This document shows positions 1-14,458 of a stretch of 64,000 nucleotides of DNA, in pieces. The notes below the pieces were generated by a model. That model was not told the DNA's origin and did no database searches. It saw only the letters and a list, made by a program, of their open reading frames with translations. Position numbers and translations under genes: made by a program. Numbering within the stretch: the first letter of the stretch is position 1; the number at the start of each line of letters is the position of its first letter. The stretch covers positions 2,046,001-2,110,000 of the forward strand of contig NC_081333.1 of assembly GCF_022539665.2 (NCBI RefSeq), read 5' to 3'. Origin of the DNA: Daphnia carinata. Its lineage: Eukaryota.

Positions 1-1240
1 AAAGCGATGGTCACTGCACTTGCTTCGGCATTTCCGATGAAGAAAATGTTAACTGTTTTTTTCTTTCTTTACACAGCCATGTGTCGTATAGTTTGCAACG
101 GTATTCACGTCTATTTTCAAAATGCGGTCTACCGATTTTTCTGATTTCTTTTATTTGCCTTTGCTGTGGGGACTCGAGGTGGGCAAACATTCCATTCAAA
201 AATAACGACGAGTCACTGCCCACGCGAAAAAAATGAGATGGCGTGTTAATAGCGAATAAGGAAACCCCAACGAAAAAAAAACGAGTGGCCGAACGAAGAA
301 TGTGAATGAACATCAGCAAGAGCTGCAGCTTTTTTTTTTTTTTTTTTTTTATATGTTAATGTCCTATATAATATTTTTTTAAACAAATGCTTTTAATCTT
401 TGGTGGACCGAGGATGGGCCAAAAGGTCACAGCCTCGGCTTTTGGGTATCAGCAACGCCTTATCGCGTGCACCACCCGCGTTTCACCTTTCATTTTTTTT
501 GTTCCCCCTCTTACCTGAATCATCTCGCCCGTTGGGATCGTAACACCCATTCAACAGCTTTGCATTCCGGAATGTTGAACAACAGCCTTATCAAAAATTT
601 GCAGGACGATTCAACTCGATCTACCTCTTGTAATTATAGAGAATTGATGCACAAAAAGATCCAATCTTCATTTCTATTTGAAAGGGAGTCTTTGTGTACA
701 TCTACCAGGAACTTGTTTCAAGCCAGGGCCAACAAAAAAAAAAAAGAGTCAGCCATTTGCAAATGCAGTGGATCGTAGTATATGTACAACAGTTTGGAAC
801 ATTGCTCACGTAAAACAATAAAGCTCTACCCAACGGGAGAGCAGCTAATGTTTTACGACTTTGCATTTGACGCTGTCGTGAATAAGAGAGCGTGCGCACG
901 CTCGCGTCGCCGCCCCGCAACAATGCCCGCCATTTGCAGTAGACCGTGCAGATTGGGTACACGAAATTTAAAAAAAAAAGAAGGAAAGAGAGTTCTACTT
1001 TTATTATTGTAGACACCCCGTGACGGTTGATTCATATTTCGTGTGTTTTTTACGACGACAAAAGTTTAGTCTTCACGAAGGTTATAGCCCTTTTCTTCTT
1101 TGAATCTATCCTCTTTCTTAAACTCTGTACAAACAACAGCAGCCTCTTTTAATGACGTCATTATGATTGAATTTTTATTTTTTTTTTTAAGGAAACAATC
1201 GCAGTTAGAAGAATAACACTTGAATTTGATTCGTTATTAG

Positions 1241-3399
1241 GTGAGCGTGGGCCAGAATGCGCTCGGTCAGGAGCCGTGGCAACAGGAACGGCCTCAAAAT
1301 CTGCCGCAAATTCAGAATTTGGAGGTGATGTGCGCCAAGGATCACATGGAAGTCCAGCTGTCTTTCGACAAGCCCTTCACCGGTTTGGTCTTCTCCAAGG
1401 GCCAGTTCGGCCAGGACAACTGCATCTACGTCCAGCCGAAATCCGGCCGCAACAATTTCCGCTTCTCCATCATCTACAACGGCTGCGGAACCAAGCCGGA
1501 CGCCAAGGGCAAATTCTACGAGAACACGGTCGTCGTCCAGTACGACGAGGAGCTGATCGAAGTCTGGGACGAGGCTAAACGTCTCCGCTGCGAGTGGTAC
1601 AACGACTACGAAAAGACGGCCACCAAACCGCCTATGGTCATCGCCGATCTCGAAGTGGTTGAACTCAACTTCAGAGGTTCATTTTCTTATTAATTTATGA
1701 CACTTTAGTTCTAAAAAAAATTAACTCAATTTATATCCCTGCATATTCACAGGTGATAACGTCGACTGTTGGATGGAGATTCAAAACGGGAAAGGACCTT
1801 GGGCCAGCCCAATCAGTGGCATCGTCCCGCTCGGTTCCACTCTGACAATGGTCGTGGCCATCAACGATCTAGCGGGTAATATTATTTTTTTATTATTATT
1901 CCCATTCAAAATGATAGTCACTGAGCAATTTCTTTTATTCACATCGGGTCACTGATTTTCTAGGTGAGTTCGACATGCGCGTCAAGTCATGCGAAGCCTC
2001 CGACGGAGTCAACAGGCCCATCCAGCTGTCGGACGAGCACGGATGCGTTCTCCGGCCGAAAATGGTCTCGAAATTCTTAAAGTTGCGCAGCAACGACGGC
2101 CGCTCGACCGTGATGAGCTACGCCTTCTTCCACGCTTTCAAGTTCCCCGACTCGCTCCAAGTTTACATCCGATGCAAAGTGGAGATCTGCCGTCACGGAT
2201 GCCCCGAACACTGCGACAAGACACTCAGCCGCGTGGTCGATCAGCAATTGGCCTACACCAGCGAGACGAAGGCGTCGTACAGTCCGGCCGGAACAGCTCC
2301 CATTGCAGCATTCTCTCCTATTCCGGCGCAGCAGAAATCGGCGTACGAACTGCCTCCTCAACCTGTGCCCGTCCGCAATTCGTTGCCGCCCGTGCTGCCA
2401 CCTCAAGGGCAACAGTATTTAGCTCAAAGACGGACGCCTCTTCCGGCCGCTCCGGTTAAAGAACCAGAGGTGGAACAGCCCAGCAGCAAACGTCCGTTCT
2501 TTGGCCTGCTCGGACGCAACAAGCAGAGCAGTCCGGAGCGTTCGTCTCGTCCTGGACTCTTCCAGAAGAAGAAGGACAACTTCAGTCCAGTCGCCGCCGC
2601 TCAGGTGGCCCCTCCACCTCAAGCGCAGGCTCAGGTTGTCGACGTTCCCATTCCAATCCCGGGCAGCCGGACACAGGACGAAGGGCTGATGGTCTCTCTC
2701 CCGTCTTCCATTCCTATCGATCGTCCCGAGGCTAAAGAAAACAAAAAAACAGAGGACAATAAATATTCAGAACGCGGACCGGGCAAATTCCCGCACGGAC
2801 CTCGCAGTCTCAATTTCGATAAGCTCGAGTAAATTCAATTAAAAACATTTCATCTCATAATACGTTTTAAACATGAATTTTTCTTTTATCAAAACAGTAT
2901 CGCTCACATCCATGACCTGAGCCAATACGAAGTCCGCGACAGGAAGGAAGGTCTCAAGAGCCGGCCGAAGCGTTCATACGCCATTCACGAACGTCACGTG
3001 CGTAGTGCGGATGTCGGCGTTAAAGTCGGCTACGAAGTGATCTCCGCCGTCGATTTGGCCTTCTCTCTGAACAGCAACGCCACTGGAGAGAACGACGTTC
3101 CAGGCGTCACCATCTTCCAGGGCAAGATCCGCGAAGAAGTCGTCTACGGCATTTGCTTGCCGGCTCCAGGCTTCTCTGCCTTGTTCGTCCTGCTGGCCAT
3201 GTGCGTCGTCATCTCTGTTTTGGTCGCCTCTTTCCTCTGCTACCACAGGCAGTTGCAAAAAGCCGATCACGACGGCCCGTCTCATCCGCACATGAGCGTC
3301 GTCGGAAGCGTCGTCGCACCTTCCATGCCGTTCCGTGACTGGAGCACGGTCCACTTTATCCGGAATCCCAGTAAATCTGTTTTAGAGACCCAATCTTAA
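1241..3399 (+). CDS. m: ZP-domain (cuticlin-like) transmembrane apical matrix protein, miniature-like; 5' (signal peptide) exon not identified
   Basis: Exons 1241-1676, 1753-1875, 1964-2828, 2898-3399, all GT-AG and phase-consistent. ZP motifs LEVMCAKDHMEV, FYENTVVVQYDEELIEVWDEAKRLRCEW, GDNVDCWMEIQNGKGPW and FHAFKFPD...CKVEICRHGC. These are followed by a Pro/Gln-rich linker, furin site RPKR, and TM segment FSALFVLLAMCVVISVLVASFLCY. The miniature assignment is from recalled similarity to the Drosophila protein; ZP family membership is firmer than the orthology. Confidence 0.85.
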
Positions 3400-5689
3400 A
3401 GTGTGGGGTTAAAAGGAAAGAACAAAAACGAAAGAGCATCGGTGAATCATTTTGGTCCAAGGCCCACAAACATTTTGAAGTAGAAAACAGACTCAACAAA
3501 AAGTACAGAATAGGGCGGGATGGGCGAAGGTTCTTTGATTTTGTATTCAGCATAATTTATTTGATTTATTTCAATTTTTTTTTTTTTTTTTTTTTTTATT
3601 ATTCTCGCAGTTTTTCATTCGATTTTTCAGCCCAGTTTTGAATCGTATTTAAACGAAGACGCCCAGTTTCTTTCTTCTTTCGAGAAATCTCTTTGAAAAA
3701 TCATTACGGACCGGTTAGGTTTATTTATTGAAATATCTTATTTATTTAATACTTGAAGGATTGTCTTATTCTCTCTCGAGGTCTCGACTAACGAGCAAAA
3801 GTTTTCTGACTGAGAGTCGTGGGCTGTCGGCGGATTTCTCCCTTTACCTTTTGTTTTTTTTTTTGTTCTGTTTTTTATTGTATGGGTTTCTTTTAACAAA
3901 GGTGTTAATTTTTAGTTTCCCTGAAACGCAAAAGGTTTCTTTTTTCTAAATTATTTTTATTCCTCCTCCTACACCTACACCTACACAGGACACATTTTTC
4001 CATCTCTTTCATCTCTCGAATCTACATCAAATTTCGTTATTTTGATCTATGCTCAAATGCCTTAAATTTATTCTCTGGATGGACTTGTTTTCTTTTAATG
4101 GCCGCTTCGTTTTTTTTTTTTTTGTTTAATTAATTTATTCCGTTTTTATTTATTCGGTTTTTGTTCCACAACAGGGCAGAATTTGTTTTTTTTGTTTTTT
4201 AATGATTTCCGATTTTTGAATATCGATCATTTTTCTATGGCTCTTGCTATTCTTATTTCCACAATCTTTCTTTGGGGCGGTTTTACCTTTGTCATCATTT
4301 GATTATTTATTGAGAAGATGAAGAAAGATATTTACATACCACATTCACGCACAGATACACGTACACACACGCATACACAAACACACACAAAAGGGCAAGG
4401 GAGGAGGTACTGATTTGTACACAACCTAACATATTTTAAGTCCTATGAGAGTTAACCTCATTCCTTTTTGTTCTTTTAATTATTATTTTTCAATTTTTTT
4501 AAAATTTATCTCCTCTCTCTACATCCGTCTATTTCTCATTATTTGGATTTGTATCAAGAGATTGACGATAACGGAAGAATTTGATTCCAATACATTAATG
4601 TACAATTCGTGAGGAACCGCGTTCAGCGGCGACTTAACGGACAAACAAAAACGGTTTCATTCTTATCTCCTTGATTTCATTTTTAAATCTCAAAATGATT
4701 CATGGAATTAAAAATGGGTTAGAGAAAGGCGTCGCGACGCCTAGTTGACATTGAAACTCAATGCCACGACGGAGTTTCGGAATGTCAGACGTCTTGGTAT
4801 GTTGATATTAATAGTTTTGGCTATTTATACGAGAGCCTTCCCCCTCCCCCCCCTCCCCCGCTTCCCCTCCCTCATCCTAGCGGTATTTGCTTACGGAGCA
4901 TGATTGATAATGCCGGAATAAGATTATCATGTCTCTTTTTCCCTATCGTCTGCTGCTACGGTCCCTTTTTGCCCAGCTATTGGCAAGGGGTGACCTCGCC
5001 TAGACGTCCAAACTCTGCCGCGATATTATTTCCAGCTGGTGCGGCTGAGCGGCCACTCTGCGTGTACAGAAGGACGCACACGTTCGACGTGATTCAATCA
5101 TTCCTGCCTTATTAGGATATCTACATCGGTAGGAATGTCCTCGTCAGCCATTTTTCTTTTTTGATCCGCACTCCTTGTCCATGAGCTGTCGTTTTATTTT
5201 TTTAAATTTTGGGATAACATGTCGAAAGGCTTTTCGCTTTGCGTGAGGCAATAGGATTCCCCATTTGGATGGACAAAGGCTATCGTTTCTTTAAATAAAT
5301 TTTGTGTTTTAAATTAACTGATGTATAGCGGGCAGGTGGAAATGTCAAACCTGTTTGAAAACAAGATCGGTTTCAGCGGTTGTTCCCTTTTTCATTCCAG
5401 GATGGCCACTAGGGATCGTTGCGTGCAAGCCAATCTGTTAAATACAGTAGATTCAAATTCAGTTTGAAAAAGGACAATAGCGTCTTTGTTGAATCGCCGT
5501 TTCAAATGACGAGGAGAGTTTGAAACGCGAGTTGCTTTGATCTCAACGCCGATCGATTCGCTGCTTTTATGGACAACACTTGTTCTTTGATTTACCAATT
5601 AATTTGGTAATTTAGTAAAGATTGGTATTCTAATGACAATACACTTTTCAGCTGTGACTGCATCACATGACGAAATCAATTTGAACAAC

Positions 5690-6100
5690 CCCATCCCAAC
5701 CCCGTTCATAAGCCCGACTCTTCCACTAAAAAATGAAGTTTAAAATTTTAACTTGAAATATAGCTATATGTTATTTTCTACAACTAAACCTAAACTATGA
5801 TTACGAATAAAATATTGATTTTCATAGAAATTCAGCGGTTTTGAATAAAACGGAATTAAAGTGGGTTTAATCGCAACCCACTTTGAATTTGAATAACTCG
5901 TGAACTCTAAAGCTCAGGTCAAAACGAATTAGATTTTCGACATCCTCGTTCGATTCCGTATCGAAATCACGCATTTGCATAGTTATACCTAAAATTTTGA
6001 AAACATAAATTAAATAAATGGAAAAGTCGGGCTTATTCTGTAGGCCGGGCTTATTTTTCGTGAAAAAAATCGAACTTAAAATTTTGATTTGCAATCCGAT
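5690..6100. repeat. MITE-like dispersed repeat with inward-facing GTCGGGCTTA subterminal motifs
   Basis: TAAGCCCGACT at 5709-5719 faces GAAAAGTCGGGCTTATTC (6021-6038) and GCCGGGCTTATT (6044-6055). The interior 5830-5950 resembles the reverse complement of ~50770-50900. Exact ends and TSD not resolved. Confidence 0.5.
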
Positions 6101-8195
6101 AAAGTATAACCTGTTGTAATCAACATGAAACGCCGATTTCGAATAAAATATTAATTTACCCTTTAATTACGTATTTTTTTTTAAATATATAACAGGAAGC
6201 GAATGGCGTTCCTTATAGGCCAACGCCAACTATTTAAATCATTTCTGGTTTGTTTTGTGTTTTCTAACTGAAGCGGCAATTTGCTTTTCTAACGCGGTCT
6301 CGCCCTCTTCGTGTTACAAATTAACGAACAACGCCCAGTTACAATGAAACAACATAATCCAAAACTCTCCTTTATCTTTTTGTTTTCTTAAATCTACTCT
6401 CTTTTGTCTAACATCTCACAGCCGTGTCGTTTTGCTGCCAGCTGTTTCGCGTCCATTTTTGTTTTTCGTCAGCTCGAAAGTCCTATACGCCATGTCCATT
6501 GTAACTGTCTGTAGTTTCAATGTCACGTATCCTTCTTGTATACAAGTAATCCGACATAATCAGCGGGAGCGTGACGAACGAGGCGTTGTTGATGCCCATC
6601 AGACAATCCACAGCAAACAACGAGCAGGGCTTTTTTCACGTTGAAAACACGTTCAAATTAGTGTTTACTCGTAAACGCACCTACACCGTCTCCACTTGAT
6701 GTCGGCCGCACTTGTTTATTGTGACCGCTAGACTTTTGATTGTTTACATTTGCGCGCATCACCCCGTGTCCATTTCAAATTATTTTTCATTCCGACCTCG
6801 TGCAGATTTAATTTATTCCATCGACACAGTTCGAAAACGCCGCTTCTGTCAGACTAGTTTCATATTTACGTGGCTGCCTTTTCATATTTTGTTTGTTTTT
6901 CCTGACAAGCCCAAAGCTCAGCCTTTGTGTTGTTGTTGTTGTTTGGAACGTTGGCGGAACATGGGTTATGACAGCATTGACACCTGTCACATCTTATTTC
7001 TACGTCTATCTCGTGATTATTCCTTTGCCTTCCTCCACCAGTGTGGAACACCGGTGGATAGCCTTCCGTGTTGTTCCATCGTGACTGCGTCTGTCATCAG
7101 CTGTTAGCCTAGAAAGAGGAACGGTAACCAGCCAGACGTGTTCGTATTATAGAAGGGGGGGGGGGGGAAGGGAGAACGAAAGAAATTCCTTTTTATTTTT
7201 ATTTAGAGAACCTTATACGGTGACACGCAGACTCTATTGAAGGTTGTTTTTAGTTTCTGTCACCGACTCACGGCCAACGTACCGTTTCTACTTTCTAAAA
7301 ACAGATGGCCGCAGATTCAAGAAAACATTTCTGAATGTTTTTCTTATCCACTTGGCCGTCCGTAACGAGGGAAACTCAAACTACGGTGACATCCAATTGT
7401 AACAAGAGAAAACTGTGTAAAACGAAGAATAGATCAAGAGAGGGAGGGGGGGGGGGGCTCTGGTTACGGACTGAATCGACGTTGATATCCTTGGCGACGA
7501 GGTGACGATGTTGGCGCCATTCTCCGCCAGGCGTAACGCGCTTCAAACTGCGACGTCCTTTTTTTTTTGTTTTCTTTTTACAATTACGTCCGATCGAAAA
7601 TAAAATAACAACTCTTAACGTTTTGCATAAGCACCTTAATTGGCGCTGGAGACACAACAAGACAAAAAAAAAAAAAAAAAAAAAATTGAAGAATGTGGTG
7701 GACGAGCGCGCGCCGTCCTCTGCGCCGCCCAGACGCTCCGTATGGCGCGCTGTTGACGCGTCGCTGGCGTCGCACAGTGCACCATCGAGTTGAGACCCGT
7801 TTTCCAAAGCTCTCAACGAAGAAACTGTACACATAGAAAAGCAAAAAAAAAAAAAAACAAAACAAAAAAAGGAAAGGAGGCATTAAAAAAGGCAAAGGCA
7901 TTCAAGATGGTGGTGAAGAAAAAAAAAAGGAAATCAAGATGCGGGAAATGAGAAGGGGAAAAAGAGAAGAGTGAAAGAAAACGAGGGGGGGGGGGATGAA
8001 AGAATCAAAAAAAAAAAAAAAGAAAGAAAAAGAAAAACAAGAGAAAACAAAAAACTGGGCTGTAAGTTCCTGTAGCCGCTTCACGACGACCTCCCTCTCT
8101 TTCGTTCGGTTTTGCCTCTTTCTCTCTCTCTCCCGGGATCTATTTATAAATATAAGTTCGTCTTCGGCGTAGAGACAGAAAAAAGGAAAAGAAAG

Positions 8196-8236
<41 letters not shown>

Positions 8237-8802
8237 TAGCAAGCAAAAGAACAGGAGCAGAACGCGCTTTGGTGTATGGGCAAAGCACGTATGCACTGCC
8301 GCTGAGAGGGAGGTCCCGCAAAAACGGGAACAGCAGACGGCTCGTGTCGGACACCATCATCAGTTGTCGTGTAGCATCGGTCGTGTTTCATCCCTCCCAG
8401 TCATTGACCGGGGCCCCCTCTTTTTATTTCTTTTTTTCCTTTCGGACAAGGCCAAACAATAATTCAATTTTTTTTTTTTTTTTTTGTTTGCGTTTTCCCG
8501 AGTTCGAAAAGTTGGGGAGGGGAATGATGTGGGCCGCATCGGCTGAACATTTCGTTTGTGCGATATTTCGTGAAACGATTGGTGATTCAGGTGTCATCGA
8601 GTTTTAGAATGAGACCTTTCCTACATTGAGCTACATAAACGAGAGGGGGGGAAGCAACAAGAAAAAAGAAAAAAAACAAAAAAACTTCTTGTTGCTGCTG
8701 TTGTTGTTGGCCGTTGTTGTTGTGGTTTCTTCGTTCGGCTATTTTCCGAGTCGCAGCGGATGCTCTTTGCGGCCGCGTAGCGGTGAACGAATCGGCGTCG
8801 AG

Positions 8803-11800
8803 ATGGCGCTTGTGCTCCTACCGTGCGATTTGCCCACCTGGCCGACGCTCCAGCGACACCTGAACACGCTGAAACAGGAAGCTCGAACGGGCGGGCAGCT
8901 CAAAGAGTGCATGCTCAAGATCTACAATTTATGCAAGTAAAACTTGACCCCTTCTCCTCTTTTTTTTTTTCGTTTTTTTTTCTCATGTTTGACATATTTC
9001 GCTATATTTCGCATTGTCACCATAACATCCGCCTTGACTTTGAAGGGGAAAGGGGATTTTCAAAATGTATTTTTATTTTTTTTGTTAGTGTCCAGCTGTT
9101 GGTCCAGTCCGTTCTTGTTTACTGACCATAATTGTCAAAAGTGGATAGAGGTGTCCCGGATATGGTTGTAGGCCAATTTACACGCAGCCCCTCACCGCAG
9201 ACGCATAATGTACAGCGCACAATATATCCAAAGCATTAAACACAAATTCCGGGTTTATTTCTTATTTTTTATTTTTTTTTATTATTTTTTTTTTTTTGAA
9301 TTGGTGCTTCTTATATGTCGACTAGGTTCAATGAACTAGAAACGTGTAGAGCCCTCCGCAGTAGCGAAATGATCCAATCATTTTCTCTTCTTCCATCGCG
9401 CTTTAATGGAGCACCGCGCCTGCACGCATATCATTAAAAACAAAATCAGTATGGGTCAATTTAGATTGCGGGTCGTAATGAGAATGGGACGGCAGCCGGA
9501 AGATGTAACGTCACATGAAAAGAACAACAACAAGAACAATAAGAAATGATGATTTTCTTTTCATTCTATTTTGTTTTTTTTTGTTTTTTTGTGTGCTAGA
9601 GTTTAAAAAATAGAATGACTATTACATAACACGAGTTTCAAATAAAAGTGCGCCCTCAAATCAACGAGAGGTCTTTTATCCTTTCTGTGTTTTTGAAATA
9701 AAAATATTTGCCAGTCTAATGAAGTAAAAAAAAAAAAATAACATATAAATAAGTAAATAAAAATAAGGGGAAAAAGAACAAATCAACTGGCGACAGTTCG
9801 ATGGTCGTCATAAATCCAAAGCGACTGTTGACGTTCGAAATCATTCGATCTTAAATTCCCTGCCGGGTGCGGCATAGCGCGATCAAATCACCTCTCTCTT
9901 TCTCTCTCTTATTTTTTTTTTTTTCCAACAAGATCGAAACTGTCGATTGGAAATGGATGAAACCGTAAGGTCCATCCTCATTCCTGTTTTTTTTTTTTTT
10001 TGTTTTGTTTTTTTTTTTTGTCTTGTTTCGGTTGATGTTGTTTCGCTCTTGGCTATTGGCGATGCTTCGATTAAAAAGACGAAGCAAAGGCCAAGACATT
10101 TTTCTTTGGGCTTCTTTTAATGTTTATAGATGCGCCATCATAAATATGAATCTCTTTTTCTCTCTTTCTTTGGAAGAAGAAAAAAAAAAAGGAGAGAGAG
10201 AGAAAGATAGAGCCGATTTTCATTGCTTTTCATCATCACCTTTTGGTCTGTTGTTGTTGTGTACTTGGCACGTTATCCGTTCGGCTCGCATCAGACAACG
10301 TTCAGCGATACCGAAGATATAGTGAGATACTACATATTCAGTATTTATTTCTCTCCTTCTTTTCGATATGTATTCGAGACATCATTTGGGACTATTTCCC
10401 CGCACTCTCGAACAAAAACAAACTCAAAGAAGAAAAAAAAAAAAAAAAAAGTTCCATATAAGGTCGGGGTGTTGGACGTTCTGTTGCATTATATAGATGT
10501 ATTTGGTGTTGGCCCTATGGTCGAGTGTGCGCTTCACGAGAAGACGAGTGGTCGCAATTTTTTTTGTTTGGTGATGCTTTTGCTCCAGCAGGAGCCCAGC
10601 AACAAGACGGCGCAACACACACACACACTGTTACACAACGCGTTTTTACCTGTGTGTGTGTGTGTGCTGTATATAGAAAGTAATAGATGGCGGACGAAGT
10701 GACGTCGAAGTAACGTGTCGAGCACTTGTTGTTCGAACTCGAAAAGGGCCAAACGACTTGAACGAGAGCAGTAGGAAAACGTATAGAGTGAGAAGTCCTG
10801 TGTAAACCAGTCGTGAAACAATTGGAGGGGAAACAACACAGAACAACACAAAGCCAAATAAACAAGAAGGGGGGGGGGGGGAAGAGAAAAAAACAAAACA
10901 AGAAGTTGAGAGAGACAGAGAGACGTGCCCGGAATGCTACCAACAGTTCAGCAGTTTGGAGCACGCAGAAAAAGAAGAAGAAGAAAAAAAAAATAAATCC
11001 AACTTCTTAACGCGCTTTTATATGCCAGCCATCAGTTACGTGCTCACGTTCGCTCATAAATTCGATCTTTTTTTGTGCTAAAAAAAAAACAAACAAAAAA
11101 AACAAATGTACTATCGATATCAGAAAATATGAACAGCCAAACACAAAACAAGGTCTACGAGAGCAACGTGTATATAGCTGGCTTTCATATTATATGTCTA
11201 CCAATATATATACAGTAGGCTATATACATACAAATAGTTTTGTTGTTTATTTTTTTGTTTTTTCACGAAATTCTATTCAAAACTGCAAATCTCTTTCGTC
11301 TATTGTTCAATTCTTCTTTTTTAGCTGCTCGTTGTCTGGCTCAGAAGGGGAGTCAATTGATTCGAATGGGCTCTGGCGTGTTATGACGGGTGGAGTTTTG
11401 GAAGGACACACAACAAAAAAGAACCGGAATGTTTCGCTTGTCTTTCTTTTTTTTTTTTTGTGGGGCTCATTAGCTAACAAATCGCGACCAGCCGACCGAC
11501 TAGAAAGAAAAAAAAAAGAAACAAACCAACACTATATTATATGTATACTTTTATACATGCGTAATGCTTTGGGTTTTTTTTTTTTGTGTGTGAAAAGACA
11601 TCGGACGGTCAACGCCCATCTGGTAAATGTCGGTTTTTTGCGTCATAAATTCAAAGTCGGGAGTGTAACAGAAGCGCACAGAAAACATCTCGCGGCCGTT
11701 TTTTTTTGTGTGTGTGTGTGTGTTGCCATCCTTGCGAAGTCCTACAATCGCACACCCAAAGGATAGTTCTTATTTTTTTTTTTTAAATTTATTTTTTTTG

Positions 11801-13554
11801 CTATTCCAAGAGAGAGAAAAAAAAAAAACGAAAATGAAATGAAAACATTTTTTTTTTTTTTTTTTTTCTTTCAAGGTCCAAAGTCCATATGTGAATCTTT
11901 GAGTGAGGGGCCAGTTTTTGTTGGTCTAGTGTAAATAAAAACCGAGTATCAAATGCTCTGGCTGGCGTTGTGCTTTCAACAGCCCGATTTTTCATTTCTT
12001 GCACTCAAGTCCCGGCGCAAATAAAATAACAAAATTTCGCGCAAAAGCTTCAAAAAAAAAATTCAAATAAAACGTTTTTTTCTTTTTCTGCACACACAAA
12101 AGGAAACGCAGAAGCTCTCCTTTATACGTCCACTCATTTTTTTTTTTTTTTTTTTCTTTCGCTATTCTCGTCTCTCTTTCTTTTCGTTGAATTCTTATTT
12201 CTCCGAAACGTCATAAAAGAATACTACACGCATAATCGTAACAATAAATAAACACACACACACACACACACCAAATGCTGTTTTTGAAATAGAAAAAAAA
12301 AAAAACTTAAAAAAGGAACATTTTTTGTGTATGTTGAAAGAAAATCATTTGCTCATGTAGATTGCACCGACAACAACAACAAAAAAAAAAAAAAAACACG
12401 ATCCCGCACGGTCGGCTCGCCGACCAGCAAGGCGGGGCAAATAATGGCGTCGTTGTTGTCAGGACGGCGTTACGCGTATAGTTCTAGATGCATCATAATG
12501 AGCATACCTGAGCAGAAACGACAATGAGACGCTGTTTGCAGCTCACTAAAACGTATACATGTATTGCTGTATATGTAAAAAGAGTCGCCATGTTTCTGGT
12601 TTTGTATTTGTTATGGAAGAAAAGAAAGAGAAGAGAGGGCAAACACAAACATATGAAAAGAGGAACGAAGAAAACAAAAAAAACAAAAAAAAAAAAGAGA
12701 CTCGTTGATTGATTGTGCGTCTGAATTGGTCTGCAACTCGATCTGAATGATAATGACCACCCAACGCGTCAAGGCGAAAGGCAACACACACAAAACAGTT
12801 AGCTAAATAATCTAACAAAAGCTTCGTGTTTCTTTGCATTATTTTTTTTCCTTTACGAATAGCCGTCATTTGATCTTTTGTCGAAGTCTTTTCTGTTTTA
12901 CTGTGCGTATACGACTGTTGCACGGAGTTGCACGAAAACCAAAATGCCTTTAATGTCATTTTTTTTTTTTTTTGTTTGAAAAAACAAACATCGCCTTTTT
13001 TTTGTTTTTTTTTTGTTTACCTACTGAATTACGACGCAAAGTGTATCTCAAAGATGAATCGATTTATTGCAGTACAAGTTTGGAGCCTGATGAAGAGCCT
13101 CTGGGCGACCAGCGAGTCTTTGACGTCCTTTGCGCTGAGGTGGTCGACACCTGGTTGAGCGACGAGGAGCGCCAGGACCTGTTCGACACCCAACTGCCCA
13201 CCATGGTCGACTACGCCCTACAACTCAAGAGCCTGAAGCCGCTGCGCGGTCTTCACTTTAGCCTCCAACAGCAAAGTACGCAGTTTTCCTTTTCTTTTCT
13301 TTTTTTCAGAGACTTGTTTTTTTTCTTTTGTGAATCATTTTGAGCCATCATGGTGGTTGATCATTTCTTGTTGCCATTCTTAATCGACTACAAGCCATCG
13401 GATTGGATGATTTTGTGCCGCCTCATTTGGGAGTGTTCGGCTCAAGCGTCAGAGAGAACCTAAACAGACATAACAGAGAAACCATCGAGAGACATAGAGT
13501 TTTGAATAGGCACACATAAAAAAGGAAAGAATAAAAAGATGCTTTTTTTCAAAG

Positions 13555-13589
<35 letters not shown>

Positions 13590-14424
13590 AGTTAAACTTC
13601 TATTTCGGCCGAACCCGTTCATTATGTAAAAAAGCCGAACCCCTTTACCTTGTTGATTAAGGCAAAAGCCGTGCGGATAACCCGCAAACCTGTCGGATGA
13701 TGGAACCGAGTTCATTCATCACACACACACATGGACTTAATTTTTGAAAAAAAAAAAAAAAATGGAAACACACATCACGACAGACACACGCACTCCAACA
13801 GCAGCTGTGCCTACCCACTCGGAAAAATGTAAAAGCTTTTGTTTTTAAGCTGCTGCTGATTCTTTCGTGATTTCTGCCTTACTGTACATATTCCCCTTCT
13901 CTTTCAACAACAAAATTCTTTATTAGGTCTTCTTCTTCTTTATTTTTATTTTTATTTTTTTTAAGACATTCTGTTACCCCTGTTTTCCATACGATCGATC
14001 GTATCACCAAACAACGACAACAAACCAGAAAAAAAACAAAACAAACAAAACAAAACCAGAAAAGAGAACGGAACGAGCCTCGATTCTTTACCGTTTACGG
14101 TAACAGTTGAATGAAATGAAAGATATACAAGATTTTGCTGAAAAAAAAAAAAAAAAACCCCTTGGCAAAAGTTAAACCGACTGGAACGAAAATCGAACAC
14201 ACACACACACACACACACACAAAACAAAGACAAGCGAAATGGAATCGTAATATTTCAACTTGCAAGTCCCGTATTATTATTATGCATATGATGGTGGCAT
14301 CCAGCCGACTTCGTGTCGCCTATAATCCTAACCATCAACTCGTGTCAAAAAAAAAAAAAAAGTCCTTTTTTTTTTATTATTAATTCCTGGATTTTTTTTT
14401 TGAATTTCATTTTGGAGTTCAATA

Positions 14425-14458
<34 letters not shown>

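Noticed and set aside
8141..8390. TATA-like, (GA)n and TCAGTT Inr-like motifs upstream of the PARG-like ATG
   Set aside because: The spacing between the TATA, Inr and DPE-like motifs is not canonical; a promoter cannot be supported from sequence alone.
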